A stretch of DNA of 64,000 bases from Candidatus Binataceae bacterium (lineage in GTDB: Bacteria > Desulfobacterota > Binatia > Binatales > Binataceae). Positions 55,859 to 64,000 of this stretch are shown here, piece by piece. The notes beneath the pieces are model-generated. The model was given only the letters and a program-made list of their open reading frames with translations, was not told the DNA's origin and ran no database searches. The translations under genes were made by a program, and so were the position numbers. Location: positions 22,449 through 86,448 of the forward strand of contig DATKSQ010000143.1 of assembly GCA_035531615.1 (NCBI GenBank). Direction: 5' to 3'. The stretch's first letter is position 1. The number at the start of each line of letters is the position of its first letter.

Positions 55859-56227
55859 TCACGACGCGGCGACGGCGCGCTCGACCGCTCTGGGCGATTG
55901 TTCGATCACGCGCAGCAAGATTCGCGCGGGTCGATCGGGAATCGCGCGGCCTTGCTCCCATTCCTGGACGGTGCGCACGCTGAAGCCGAAGCGCCGCGCG
56001 AACTGGACCTGCGAGATGCCGAGCTGGCGGCGAATCGCACGGACGTCGGGCATGCGTGGAGTGAGAACCTTGCGCCAGTCACGGTTTTTGGACATGTCCG
56101 GAGCGGTGTCGGGATCCTCCGCGATCATCTGTTCAAGATCCCGGTCGGTAGCGCCGCGGATCTTTGCGAGGTCGGCGCGCGGCTTCGATTTGAGGATTTC
56201 ACTCAGGGATCGCCGTACGGTAGGCAT
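55859..56227 (-). CDS. XRE-type HTH antitoxin partner of BrnT
   Basis: IRRQLGISQVQFARRFGFSVRTVQEWEQGRAIPDRPARILLRVI. It overlaps the brnT 3' end. The start was chosen at Met 56227. Confidence 0.75.
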   Translation of the reverse strand: MPTVRRSLSEILKSKPRADLAKIRGATDRDLEQMIAEDPDTAPDMSKNRDWRKVLTPRMPDVRAIRRQLGISQVQFARRFGFSVRTVQEWEQGRAIPDRPARILLRVIEQSPRAVERAVAAS

Positions 56228-56486
56228 CGCGTTCTCTCCGTTTTGCCCGGCGCGCCGAGATGATGCGGCGGCGGCCGGCACGCCAGGTATCTACGATCAC
56301 GAATATGTCCCCCGCGAATTCGCCGGTGGCGACGATTCGGGATTCTCCGTAGTTGCGGCGGCGATCCTCTTCCTCAACCACACTTCCCGCGAAGATCTGC
56401 GCGGCGTAATCAAATCCAAAGCCTCGCTCGTGATTGTTTCTCGCGCTTTTGGCGTCATCCCAGTCGAACCGTTGAAGGTCGGTCAT
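56199..56486 (-). CDS. brnT: BrnT (DUF497) ribonuclease toxin
   Basis: FDWDDAKSARNNHERGFGFDYAAQIF...RIISARRAKRRERDAY is the family pattern. Confidence 0.85.
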   Translation of the reverse strand: MTDLQRFDWDDAKSARNNHERGFGFDYAAQIFAGSVVEEEDRRRNYGESRIVATGEFAGDIFVIVDTWRAGRRRIISARRAKRRERDAYRTAIPE

Positions 56487-56549
56487 TATACGGGATTCCC
56501 GTACTTAACGCTAGCCGAACCGTGGCGCCTGAGATTGGTGAGCGGATCC

Positions 56550-57455
56550 CTAACCCGTATGGCGGCGCTCGGCGCGGCGTAGAAAGTCGCGTACCACCGA
56601 GAGGTAGCGCGCCGGCTCTTCGAGCTGCGGCATATGCGAGCTGTTCTCGAAGATCGCAAGCTCGGAGCCAGGCACCAGGCTTTGGTACCACGCGGTGGAT
56701 TCCGGCGTGGTTTCATCGAAGCGTCCGGCCAGGAACAGCGTTGGGATCGCGATTTCGCGCAGCCCAGCGGTGCCGTCGTACTCGCGCAAATTTCCGGTGC
56801 AGGTGAATTCGTTCGCGCCCCACATCGTCAGGTACGGCTGCGCACCCATCCCGGCCACCGAGCGGTTGAGCGCCTCGGGCCAAGTCTGGAGCCGGCACAC
56901 GTGACGGCGGTAAAACTCGAAGCTCGCAATCTGGTACTCGGGTGTTTCAGTGTCGCCTTGGGCCTCAGCGCGCGCAATTACCTCGCGGGCGGCGGCGGGC
57001 AGATCGGCGCATAGCCGCTCCAGGTCTTCGAGGTATTTCGGGACCGACACGCACGGATTCGCCATCACCACACTGGCGACCCCCGACGGTTTTCCGAGCA
57101 GATATTCGGTGGCGAGGATCGTCCCCCACGATTGTCCGAGAATATGCACGCGCTCGAGGCCCAGCGCGGCGCGCAGTTGCGCGGCCTCGGCGACAAAGCG
57201 CTCCAGGCGCCACAGCCCCGGATCATCGGGGCGGTCCGAGCGGCCGCATCCGAGCTGATCGTAGAACACGACCGGGCGATCATCGCCCAATGCCCCGAGC
57301 GGTTCGAGATAATCGTGCGGAACGCCCGGTCCGCCGTGGATCAGGAGCAGCGGAATTCCCGCGCCGTCGCCGACGATTCGGTACCAAACCCGTCCGCCGC
57401 TGACGGGGACGAAGCCCTCTCGAGCCCGCGACAACGCTAATCGATTTTCCTGCAT
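56550..57455 (-). CDS. Proline iminopeptidase-family alpha/beta hydrolase
   Basis: LLLIHGGPGVPHDYLEP and the nucleophile GQSWGT. Confidence 0.85.
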   Translation of the reverse strand: MQENRLALSRAREGFVPVSGGRVWYRIVGDGAGIPLLLIHGGPGVPHDYLEPLGALGDDRPVVFYDQLGCGRSDRPDDPGLWRLERFVAEAAQLRAALGLERVHILGQSWGTILATEYLLGKPSGVASVVMANPCVSVPKYLEDLERLCADLPAAAREVIARAEAQGDTETPEYQIASFEFYRRHVCRLQTWPEALNRSVAGMGAQPYLTMWGANEFTCTGNLREYDGTAGLREIAIPTLFLAGRFDETTPESTAWYQSLVPGSELAIFENSSHMPQLEEPARYLSVVRDFLRRAERRHTG

Positions 57456-57543
57456 GAGGCCTCGCGACTTTCCTGCGATGTTCTAATATATTCCTTGCCC
57501 AGCACGCGGTGCGAGCAAGTTTCTGCGAACCGGCCACCGAAGT

Positions 57544-58029
57544 GTGAAAGGGAGATCGCATATCGAGATGATAAGCAGACGCGAGATGATAAAATCATTG
57601 GGTGCCGGCTCGACAATTTTCGCGGCGGGAATTCTCGCCGCGCTGGCGGATTCGCCGCGGGCGCGCGCCGGCGCCAAACCCGATTCCGCGAAATCCGCCG
57701 CCGGGGTCACCGTCACGAAAATCTTCGACTTTCCAATCACCGAGCTGCCGGGCAGCAACGGTACCGTCGTGCGGGTCGATTACGCGCCCGGCGCCGCCTC
57801 GGCGCCGCATCATCATCCGGGCTCGGTGTTCGCCTATGTCCTGAGCGGCACGATCGAAAGTCAGGTCGCGCCGGGTCCGCTGGTGAAGTACGGCAAGGGC
57901 GAGATGTGGTACGAGGAGCCAAGGGCGTTCCACAAGGTCTCGCGCAACCCGAGCAAAATCGCGCCCGCGAGTATCCTCGCCTTCATGATTGTCCCGCACG
58001 GCGCGGCGCTGGTGACGCCGGGCAAGTAG
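57544..58029 (+). CDS. Tat-exported cupin-domain protein
   Basis: Twin-arginine-like SRREMIKSLGAG...ARA; cupin motif GAASAPHHHPGSVFAYVLSG. Confidence 0.75.
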   Translation: MKGRSHIEMISRREMIKSLGAGSTIFAAGILAALADSPRARAGAKPDSAKSAAGVTVTKIFDFPITELPGSNGTVVRVDYAPGAASAPHHHPGSVFAYVLSGTIESQVAPGPLVKYGKGEMWYEEPRAFHKVSRNPSKIAPASILAFMIVPHGAALVTPGK

Positions 58030-58075
58030 CCGCGGGCTTTTTTTCGCGCGGGCGTTCCATTAAAGATCGCACGCG

Positions 58076-59314
58076 ATGAATTTCCGCGCCGCACCCTCGG
58101 CGCCCCGCCCGCTCACCCGCGGCGAGGCGGCGCATACGCTGGTCGCGAGCTTCCTCGGATGGACGCTCGACGCATTCGATTTTTTCATCCTGGTGTTCGT
58201 GCTGCCCACGATCGCGAAGGAGTTCCATCGCTCGGTCGCCGATATCGCGCTTACGATCACGGCCACCCTCGCGATGCGTCCGGTCGGCGCGGTGCTGTTC
58301 GGCTGGATGGCGGATCGGTACGGGCGGCGCGTACCGCTGATGGTCGATATCGTATTCTACTCGATTGTCGAAGTCGCAAGCGGCTTGGCCCCGAACTTCA
58401 CCGTGTTCCTGATTTTGCGCGCGCTGTACGGAATCGGGATGGGCGGTGAGTGGGGTGTCGGCGCGTCGCTGGCGATGGAAGCGGTCGGGCCGCGCTCGCG
58501 CGGATTCTTTTCCGGCCTTTTGCAGGAAGGCTACGCGGTTGGATACCTGCTGGCGGCGGGCGCGTTTTTCTTTGTGTTTCCGTACTTCGGATGGCGGGCG
58601 ATGTTTTTCGTGGGCGGATTGCCGGCGCTCCTGACGCTGTACATCCGCGGCAAAGTGCCGGAGTCCGAGGCGTGGGAGCGGGTGCGCCCCGGTCGGGGCG
58701 AGATTATCGCCGCGATTCGCCGCGACTTTAAGCCGTTCCTTTATCTGATCGCGCTGATGACCGTCATGAACTTCGTGTCGCACGGCACCCAGGATCTCTA
58801 TCCGACGTTTTTGCAGAAGGCGCGCGGGCTCGACCCGCGCACGGTGGCGACAATCGCGGTCGTTTATAACGTCGGCGCGATCCTGGGCGGGCTGTTTTTT
58901 GGCTACTGGTCGGATCGAATCGGGCGGCGCCACACGATGGCGGCGGCGGTCATCATGGCTGGGCTGGCGATTCCCTTGTGGATCATTCCGCAGTCTCTCG
59001 TGTGGCTCGCAGCGGGTGCGTTCGTGATGCAGTTCATGGTGCAGGGCGCGTGGGGCGTCGTGCCCGCGCATCTGGCCGAGATGTCCGCGCCGGAAGCGCG
59101 CGGGCTGTTCTCGGGCGTCGCGTATCAGCTTGGCGTGCTGTTCGCGTCGTACGCGGCGTTTGGCGAGGCGCTGATCGCCGAGAAATTCGGCTACCAAGTA
59201 GCGCTCGGCGGCGTCGCGGCGATCGTAATGATCACCGCCGCGATCGTGATCCTGCTGGGGCGCGAACGGATGGGCGCCGACCTGCACGGGCGCTCAGCTT
59301 CCGGGTCACTTTGA
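58076..59314 (+). CDS. MFS transporter
   Basis: 12-TM pattern with MRPVGAVLFGWMADRYGRR (MFS motif A). Confidence 0.9.
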   Translation: MNFRAAPSAPRPLTRGEAAHTLVASFLGWTLDAFDFFILVFVLPTIAKEFHRSVADIALTITATLAMRPVGAVLFGWMADRYGRRVPLMVDIVFYSIVEVASGLAPNFTVFLILRALYGIGMGGEWGVGASLAMEAVGPRSRGFFSGLLQEGYAVGYLLAAGAFFFVFPYFGWRAMFFVGGLPALLTLYIRGKVPESEAWERVRPGRGEIIAAIRRDFKPFLYLIALMTVMNFVSHGTQDLYPTFLQKARGLDPRTVATIAVVYNVGAILGGLFFGYWSDRIGRRHTMAAAVIMAGLAIPLWIIPQSLVWLAAGAFVMQFMVQGAWGVVPAHLAEMSAPEARGLFSGVAYQLGVLFASYAAFGEALIAEKFGYQVALGGVAAIVMITAAIVILLGRERMGADLHGRSASGSL

Positions 59315-59323
59315 CCATGGTCA

Positions 59324-59584
59324 TTGACTTCGGTCTCGAAACTCAAGGCGACTTGCCTGGCGGTAGTCGAGCGGGTGCGCAAAACCCGCAAGCCAATCGT
59401 AATCACCAAGTTCGGAAAGCCGGTTGCGCAAATCTCTCCGCTCGCGCCTATGCGAACCGAGAAAGCGGGCGGCAGTTGGTTGGGCAGCATGGCCGGAACC
59501 GGCCGCATTATCGGTGACATCATCGAACCTGCGGTTCCCCTCGAAGATTACGACGCGTTCAAATATCCCGCCGCGGTGATCTAG
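59324..59584 (+). CDS. Phd/YefM-family antitoxin (TTG start), toxin partner not intact
   Basis: SVSKLKATCLAVVERVRKTRKPIVITKFGKPVAQISPL...GDIIEPAVPLEDYDA is typical of VapB-type Phd antitoxins. Confidence 0.75.
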   Translation: MTSVSKLKATCLAVVERVRKTRKPIVITKFGKPVAQISPLAPMRTEKAGGSWLGSMAGTGRIIGDIIEPAVPLEDYDAFKYPAAVI

Positions 59585-59603
59585 TTAGCAGCGTAAAAAT
59601 AAT

Positions 59604-59628
59604 TGGTGGCGCGGGCGTCTCGCCCGCG
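59604..59628. repeat. REP-like 25-mer, copy 2, inside a larger AATTGGT...ACCAATT palindrome
   Basis: TGGTGGCGCGGGCGTCTCGCCCGCG, followed by a second hairpin GGCGGG-CCAGAGT-CCCGCC. The whole unit (~59601-59662) is bounded by AATTGGT / ACCAATT. Confidence 0.65.
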
Positions 59629-59681
59629 GATGACGGCGGGCCAGAGTCCCGCCCTACCAATTTCGTTCCGCCTAAAGCTTA

Positions 59682-59753
59682 CGATTTGCCTTGATAACCG
59701 CGGATCGAAATCTGATCGCGCTCGCGGCGGTCGATACGCCCACGAACCGCTGA
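59682..59753 (+). pseudogene. Possible C-terminal remnant of a PIN toxin
   Basis: The frame reads RFALITADRNLIALAAVDTPTNR-stop. L(I/V)T(A/R)DR resembles the conserved C-terminal PIN motif carrying the last acidic residue. An in-frame stop lies just upstream. Weak evidence. Confidence 0.3.
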
Positions 59754-59842
59754 CTTGCCGCGCTCACGCGGGACTTTCGTTCAGCAGCGGATTGCGCTAA
59801 ACGGTCGGTATTGACGGAGCGCCATCCGCCGGAGGTGATGCC

Positions 59843-60955
59843 ATGAAGTTCGGTCTATTCTATGAGATATCGGTGCCGCGTCCCTGGGGACCGGATACTG
59901 AAAAAACCGTTTACGACCGCTGCCTCGAACAGGTGAAACTCGCCGATGAACTCGGCTTCGATAACGTCTGGGCCGTCGAGCATCACTTCCTCGAGGAGTA
60001 TTCGCACTGCCCCGCGCCCGAGTTGTTTCTCACCGCCTGCGCGATGATCACCAAGCGCATCCGGGTCGGCCACGGAATTATCGTCTGCGTGCCCGAGTTC
60101 AATCATCCGATCAAGATCGCCGAGCGCACCGCCGTGCTCGATATTCTCTCCGGTGGACGCCTCGAAGTCGGCACCGGCCGTTCCGCCACCTGGACCGAGC
60201 TGGGCGGCTTTCGCACCAACCCCGACGAAACCAAGAAGACTTGGGACGAGTTCGTCCATTGCTTGCCCAAGATGTGGACCCAGGAGCGTTATTCCTACGA
60301 GGGCCGGTCGTGGTCGATGCCGCAGCGGACGATCGTGCCCAAGCCGCTCCAGAAGCCGCATCCGCCCATGTGGGTCGCCGTAACCAGCCCCGGCACCGAA
60401 ATCGACGCAGCAGAGCGTGGGATGGGCAGCCTGGGCCTGACCTTCGGCGGATTCGCCGAGCAGGATGAAAAGGTCAAGCGCTACCGCAAGATTATCCGCA
60501 ATTGCGAGCCGGTGGGTTCGTTCGTCAATGAGGCGGTCGCGACCGTCAACTTCCTCTACTGCCATGAGGACGATGCCGAGGGCGTCCAGGTCGGCAAACG
60601 GCTGACCGGCACGTTCAATTATCTGGCCGCGCAGCTGCTGGCCGCGCGTGAGGCCTATCCGACCAAGTCGTATCCCTCGCTCGGACTGCTCCCGTCGCTT
60701 AGGCAGGAGGCGTCCGGTCCCGGCGACGCGTCGGGCGCGCCGGAGGGAATCGCGATGGGCAATCCGGCGCGGATCACGCGCGAGCTCAAAAAGTGGGAAT
60801 CGGTCGGCGTCGATCGGGTGAATTTCCTGCTCAACGCGCTCGAGACCGTTCCGCAGGAAAAGGTCCTCGCCAGCCTGCGCCTGTTCGCCAAGGAAGTGAT
60901 GCCGAATTTTCAGACTAAAGGCGACGCTGCCGCGGCCGCCGCGGGAGGTCGCTAA
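59843..60955 (+). CDS. LLM-class (luciferase-like) flavin-dependent oxidoreductase
   Basis: MKFGLFYEISVPRPW...LADELGFDNVWAVEHHF. Confidence 0.9.
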   Translation: MKFGLFYEISVPRPWGPDTEKTVYDRCLEQVKLADELGFDNVWAVEHHFLEEYSHCPAPELFLTACAMITKRIRVGHGIIVCVPEFNHPIKIAERTAVLDILSGGRLEVGTGRSATWTELGGFRTNPDETKKTWDEFVHCLPKMWTQERYSYEGRSWSMPQRTIVPKPLQKPHPPMWVAVTSPGTEIDAAERGMGSLGLTFGGFAEQDEKVKRYRKIIRNCEPVGSFVNEAVATVNFLYCHEDDAEGVQVGKRLTGTFNYLAAQLLAAREAYPTKSYPSLGLLPSLRQEASGPGDASGAPEGIAMGNPARITRELKKWESVGVDRVNFLLNALETVPQEKVLASLRLFAKEVMPNFQTKGDAAAAAAGGR

Positions 60956-61713
60956 TGCCGCCGCGCTTGGGAACCCTGGACCTGGCCTCTTTCGCAAAAC
61001 TGGCTCCAACGATTAGCGGCTACAAGACCGAGCAGTTGGTCTTGAAGGGCGTGCAGATCCTCGAGCTGCACAACGAAATCGACGACGACCCGGCCGACGC
61101 GCTGATTCCGCGCACCATGCATCCCGCCATTCCGGCCTATGCGATCATCAATATGATGCATGCGCCCGCAAGTCCGTGGGGCGCCTTTACGATCGGCGAG
61201 GTCCGTATCGCGGGCCGCACCGGCGTGCGTCCGCGCGGTTTCGTGCTGCGCAGCTACTGCGACAATGACGCCGCGCGCAAGGAACTGGCCGCGCGATGGG
61301 GTTATCCGGTAGCGGCGGGCGCGGCGAGCCTGATCCTGCGCCACGATCGGGTGGCTGGCAAAATCGCGCTCGGCGGCAAGACCGTACTCGAAGCCGAGCT
61401 GTTGGATCGCGACGCGATCTCGGGCGGCGATATCCAGTACATCGCCTCGATGCATCTGGCGCGCAACTCCGAGGACGGCAAGCTGGTGCTGGTGCAGGTC
61501 GATCCCGAATACACGTTCTCGAAGGCTGAGCGCGGCAAACCGCGCCTGCCGACGCTCGAGCCGGCGGCGTTTGGCGCCACCGGCTCGAACTTGCGCCTGA
61601 TGAATCCGATCATGGCCTGCTTCGCCACCGCCGACATGACGCTGCCGCGGATTCGTTACATATGTAACCCGGAGCTGCCGGCAATGCAGGGGACGACCAA
61701 GCTCGCCGCTTAG
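60955..61713 (+). CDS. Hypothetical 252-aa protein coupled to the LLM gene (possibly acetoacetate-decarboxylase-like fold; unverified)
   Basis: The start overlaps the LLM stop (TAATG) and codon usage is consistent. I cannot name any motif confidently. Confidence 0.6.
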   Translation: MPPRLGTLDLASFAKLAPTISGYKTEQLVLKGVQILELHNEIDDDPADALIPRTMHPAIPAYAIINMMHAPASPWGAFTIGEVRIAGRTGVRPRGFVLRSYCDNDAARKELAARWGYPVAAGAASLILRHDRVAGKIALGGKTVLEAELLDRDAISGGDIQYIASMHLARNSEDGKLVLVQVDPEYTFSKAERGKPRLPTLEPAAFGATGSNLRLMNPIMACFATADMTLPRIRYICNPELPAMQGTTKLAA

Positions 61714-63017
61714 CCGACGCTGCTCTCGACTAAGACTCGTTGATCGGTTGCGAACCAATAGGCGGCCACGAAGGCCATTACCAGACACGCGAACTCAAGC
61801 TCACGCAGTGCGTTGAAGGCCATGGAATGGGGCGGGACCCCGGCGAGCACGTTCCCGATGAGTCCGATGAGAAGATAGCTCGCGGCCGCCATCCACGGCG
61901 CGCGATGGCTGATGCTTCCGCAGTTTGCCGCACTCGCCATTTGCGCGAACGGGATCAACATCAGCAGCAGATAATGGAACCAGGCGGTCGGCGACAAGAT
62001 CACCGATGCGGCAATCCATAGCGAGAGCGTACGCCAGTCGCGATCCTCGCCAGCACCCAAAGGCGTGGCCCGGACGATTATATAGAGCACGGCGAGATCG
62101 GCGCCACGGACGAACACGCCCCGGGCCAACTCTCTCGCAGGACTGGAAGCTTCCCCGAATATAGACCAGAAAATTCGCGACAGGAACGCCTCCAACGAAA
62201 GGTTGGAGTTGCTCGACAGCCAAGTTCGCGAGGTAAGAAAATCAATCGAGGTCAAAAAGCTGAAGCTCGTCCTGACTCCCTCCAGCGCCACCGTCGCAAG
62301 GCCGCCAATCGCGAGGCCCGCAATCAGGTAGCCGAGCATCCGCCATCGACGCTTCAATACGACATAAAGTCCGAGCAGCAGAGGGAAAAGCCAGCACAAC
62401 CCAGCCATTGCGAGCAGCAACCCGGCGATGCTATCGCGTCCGCACCGCATGCATCGAAGCGTCGCGGCCAGGGTTAAGAGCAGCAAAATCTTGCTCTGCG
62501 CGAGTGCGAAAGCATTTCCTACCGGCGGATAAAGAATCGCGAACGCCGCCAGCGACAGGGCGAGGTTTCCGCTGAGTCCCGAATAGCGCGGCGCAAACAA
62601 CAGGAAAATGCTAGCTGCGAGCGCCGCCGCGTTGAGCGCCTGCCACGCCCAATAGGCCCGATGCGGCGAAAGCAGCGTCAGCGGCACCATGCAGAGCAGT
62701 AATGTCGGGGGGTTGTTCGCATGAAGGACATACCCTTTTTCCAGTCCCAGCCGCCGGGCTAGCGGCAGGAGGTCCGCATCGTACGGATTCTGGCCGCTCC
62801 GCAAGAGCAAACCGGAACAATAGAAGACGCTGAAATCCTGTGGATCGAAGTTCCGCTCAAGGCTTGAACAGAATGAAACGCCCCGCAAAACCGCGATGCA
62901 AAGAATCAGGATCGCAAACCAGCGGCGATCCAGAATTGCGGCCAGCCCCCGCCCCGAAACGGTTGGGACCGCATCCGGTCCGTCATGAGCCGGTCTATCG
63001 CCCGGATCACCGCCCAC
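61710..63017 (-). CDS. Polytopic membrane protein, DUF2029/GT87-like glycosyltransferase
   Basis: About 11 TM helices. The N-terminal loop DFSVFYCSGLLLRSGQNPYD resembles the GT87/DUF2029 signature. Confidence 0.7.
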   Translation of the reverse strand: MGGDPGDRPAHDGPDAVPTVSGRGLAAILDRRWFAILILCIAVLRGVSFCSSLERNFDPQDFSVFYCSGLLLRSGQNPYDADLLPLARRLGLEKGYVLHANNPPTLLLCMVPLTLLSPHRAYWAWQALNAAALAASIFLLFAPRYSGLSGNLALSLAAFAILYPPVGNAFALAQSKILLLLTLAATLRCMRCGRDSIAGLLLAMAGLCWLFPLLLGLYVVLKRRWRMLGYLIAGLAIGGLATVALEGVRTSFSFLTSIDFLTSRTWLSSNSNLSLEAFLSRIFWSIFGEASSPARELARGVFVRGADLAVLYIIVRATPLGAGEDRDWRTLSLWIAASVILSPTAWFHYLLLMLIPFAQMASAANCGSISHRAPWMAAASYLLIGLIGNVLAGVPPHSMAFNALRELEFACLVMAFVAAYWFATDQRVLVESSVG

Positions 63018-63426
63018 GCCCTATTTCCCTCCCCCCGCCGCCCGATTGAGAAGCCTTCGCATTATACAGACGGTATCGCAGGCTTCAATCATGACTCTCC
63101 ATCCGGCCCGGAATGGTTTCAGTGGCGCTCGGCGGCGTCCCGCGGACTCGCCCGGCGCGACTTGAGAAATTACCCATCGCGGCGCGCTCTGATGTGATTC
63201 AGGAGGCACTCGTGACCCCTTTCGCAGCTGAAATCATACAAGAAGTAGCATCGTTGCCACTCATCGTAGTGCCGAGAGCCTCAATCGCGAGCGTTGAGCG
63301 GCTATTCCGACCCGGAGCGGGATTTTTTAGCCGCCGTGTTGCGGATTAGCAACCAAAAGTTGCATCCGCGCCTGCCCGGCCCACACCTCGCGTAGAGATT
63401 CCCTACAGCCTGTCATGTCTGGACGC

Positions 63427-63442
63427 TGGCACGGGAGATGCT
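63427..63442 (+). promoter_or_regulatory. Candidate sigma-54 promoter upstream of flp
   Basis: TGGCACgggagATGCT has a perfect -24 element and correct GG-N10-GC spacing. The palindrome GCAAC-caaaa-GTTGC lies ~70 nt upstream (63349-63363). Confidence 0.35.
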
Positions 63443-63674
63443 CACACCAGTGACGCGATTAAGACGCCAAAGCGGGTTCCTGCTTAAGAAACGGCAAGGA
63501 TTCGCTGAATAGGCGATGCTGAATTGGCGGTGAAGGGCGGGCGGCTGGCAGACCCGATGGGGGAGGAGGATCGGCCGGCGACAGCGGGAAGATTGCGGGC
63601 AGAGCGGGCGCCGCCAGTAAGCGACGAGGCGGTCTGAATGTTGGGATGGAGCGCAGGGATTTGAAGTCCGGCAC

Positions 63675-63705
63675 GATTACCAAGTGGGATTACCGCTTGG
63701 TAATC
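63675..63705. promoter_or_regulatory. Perfect 10-bp inverted repeat GATTACCAAG-N11-CTTGGTAATC
   Basis: Read directly. The loop contains a third GATTACC copy. It lies 83 nt upstream of the flp ATG. Confidence 0.7.
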
Positions 63706-63787
63706 GTCACCGGGAAACAGGCTGTCTGAGTATAGGGGACAATGGCCATATCGGCCAAGATCGAAAACAACCCAGGAGGACACGGTA

Positions 63788-63961
63788 ATGGAAAAGTTCA
63801 TCACGAAAATGTACGTCAAGGCTCGTGAAGCGGCGCGCGGTCAGACGATGACTGAGTACGCGCTGATTCTCTCGGCGGTGGCGGTGGTCGTGTTCGTCGC
63901 CTATCAGACGATGGGCGGGGAAATTAACACCCTGCTGACGAGCGTTGACAAGCAGCTCTAA
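63788..63961 (+). CDS. flp: Flp/Fap-family type IVb (Tad) pilin, 57 aa
   Basis: Not in the ORF track (<60 aa). AGGAGGA RBS. MEKFITKMYVKAREAARGQTMTEYALILSAVAVVVFVAYQTMGGEINTLLTSVDKQL carries the G/xxxxEY prepilin motif plus a hydrophobic helix. Confidence 0.85.
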   Translation: MEKFITKMYVKAREAARGQTMTEYALILSAVAVVVFVAYQTMGGEINTLLTSVDKQL

Positions 63962-64000
63962 TGAGCGGAATCAGCGGACGGCCGGATCTACACGGCCGTC

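Noticed and set aside
57983-59287. 434-aa minus-strand ORF
   Set aside because: It is antisense to the MFS transporter. It is Arg/Asp/His-rich with no TM segments or motifs.
59855-61009. 384-aa minus-strand ORF
   Set aside because: It is antisense to the LLM oxidoreductase and has shadow-ORF composition.
63113-63349. 78-aa ORF; an internal GTG at ~63211 preceded by AGGAGG would give a 45-aa peptide VTPFAAEIIQEVASLPL...
   Set aside because: The RBS is tempting and the peptide vaguely resembles addiction-module components. However, there is no partner gene, no recognisable motif, and the region has atypical composition. Support is insufficient to call a CDS.

Overview
GC-rich (by eye about two-thirds G+C, not computed), gene-dense bacterial chromosomal segment. 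I found no rRNA, CRISPR array, transposase or integrase. Most of it is housekeeping: comM (partial), ileS-lspA, aroC-aroK-aroB, priA, def-fmt-rsmB, rlpA, rpe, tRNA-Pro(CGG), plsY, glnB, glyQS, ppdK, ffh-rpsP-KH-rimM, thiC and bcp. Metabolic genes include four family III (CaiB/BaiF) CoA-transferases in two translationally coupled pairs, an acyl-CoA dehydrogenase, an LLM flavin oxidoreductase, an M20 amidohydrolase and a phosphotriesterase-like hydrolase. Envelope and signalling genes include an ECF sigma module with His-rich LTXXQ proteins, a PAS protein plus hybrid histidine kinase, a CPA2 antiporter fused to two USP domains, a VWA protein, and an Flp pilin at the right edge. The taxon cannot be determined from the sequence; the gene content suggests an uncultured Acidobacteria-, Deltaproteobacteria- or Binatota-like lineage, but that is inference only. 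The housekeeping backbone is peppered with small accessory insertions, including at least six toxin-antitoxin loci. The most interesting observations are these. (1) Two PIN-toxin cassettes (1624-2338 and 37300-37949) are each bracketed by a duplicated copy of the 3' end, stop codon included, of the adjacent housekeeping gene. This looks like the recurring footprint of an undescribed integrase-less insertion route. (2) There are two copies of a ~115-bp palindromic element built from helically phased CACAGA 9-10-mers around a GC hairpin, each placed just after a TAG stop codon. (3) A tandem gene pair encodes four copies of an EthD-like ~115-aa domain. (4) A co-oriented run carries an orphan NuoI-type ferredoxin, a small membrane protein, thiC (no TPP riboswitch), bcp, an N-terminal-rhodanese::ThiF/MoeB fusion and a histidine phosphatase. 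(5) The ECF sigma / small anti-sigma / His-rich LTXXQ sensor set resembles CnrYXH. Long antisense shadow ORFs are abundant in the ORF track and were rejected.
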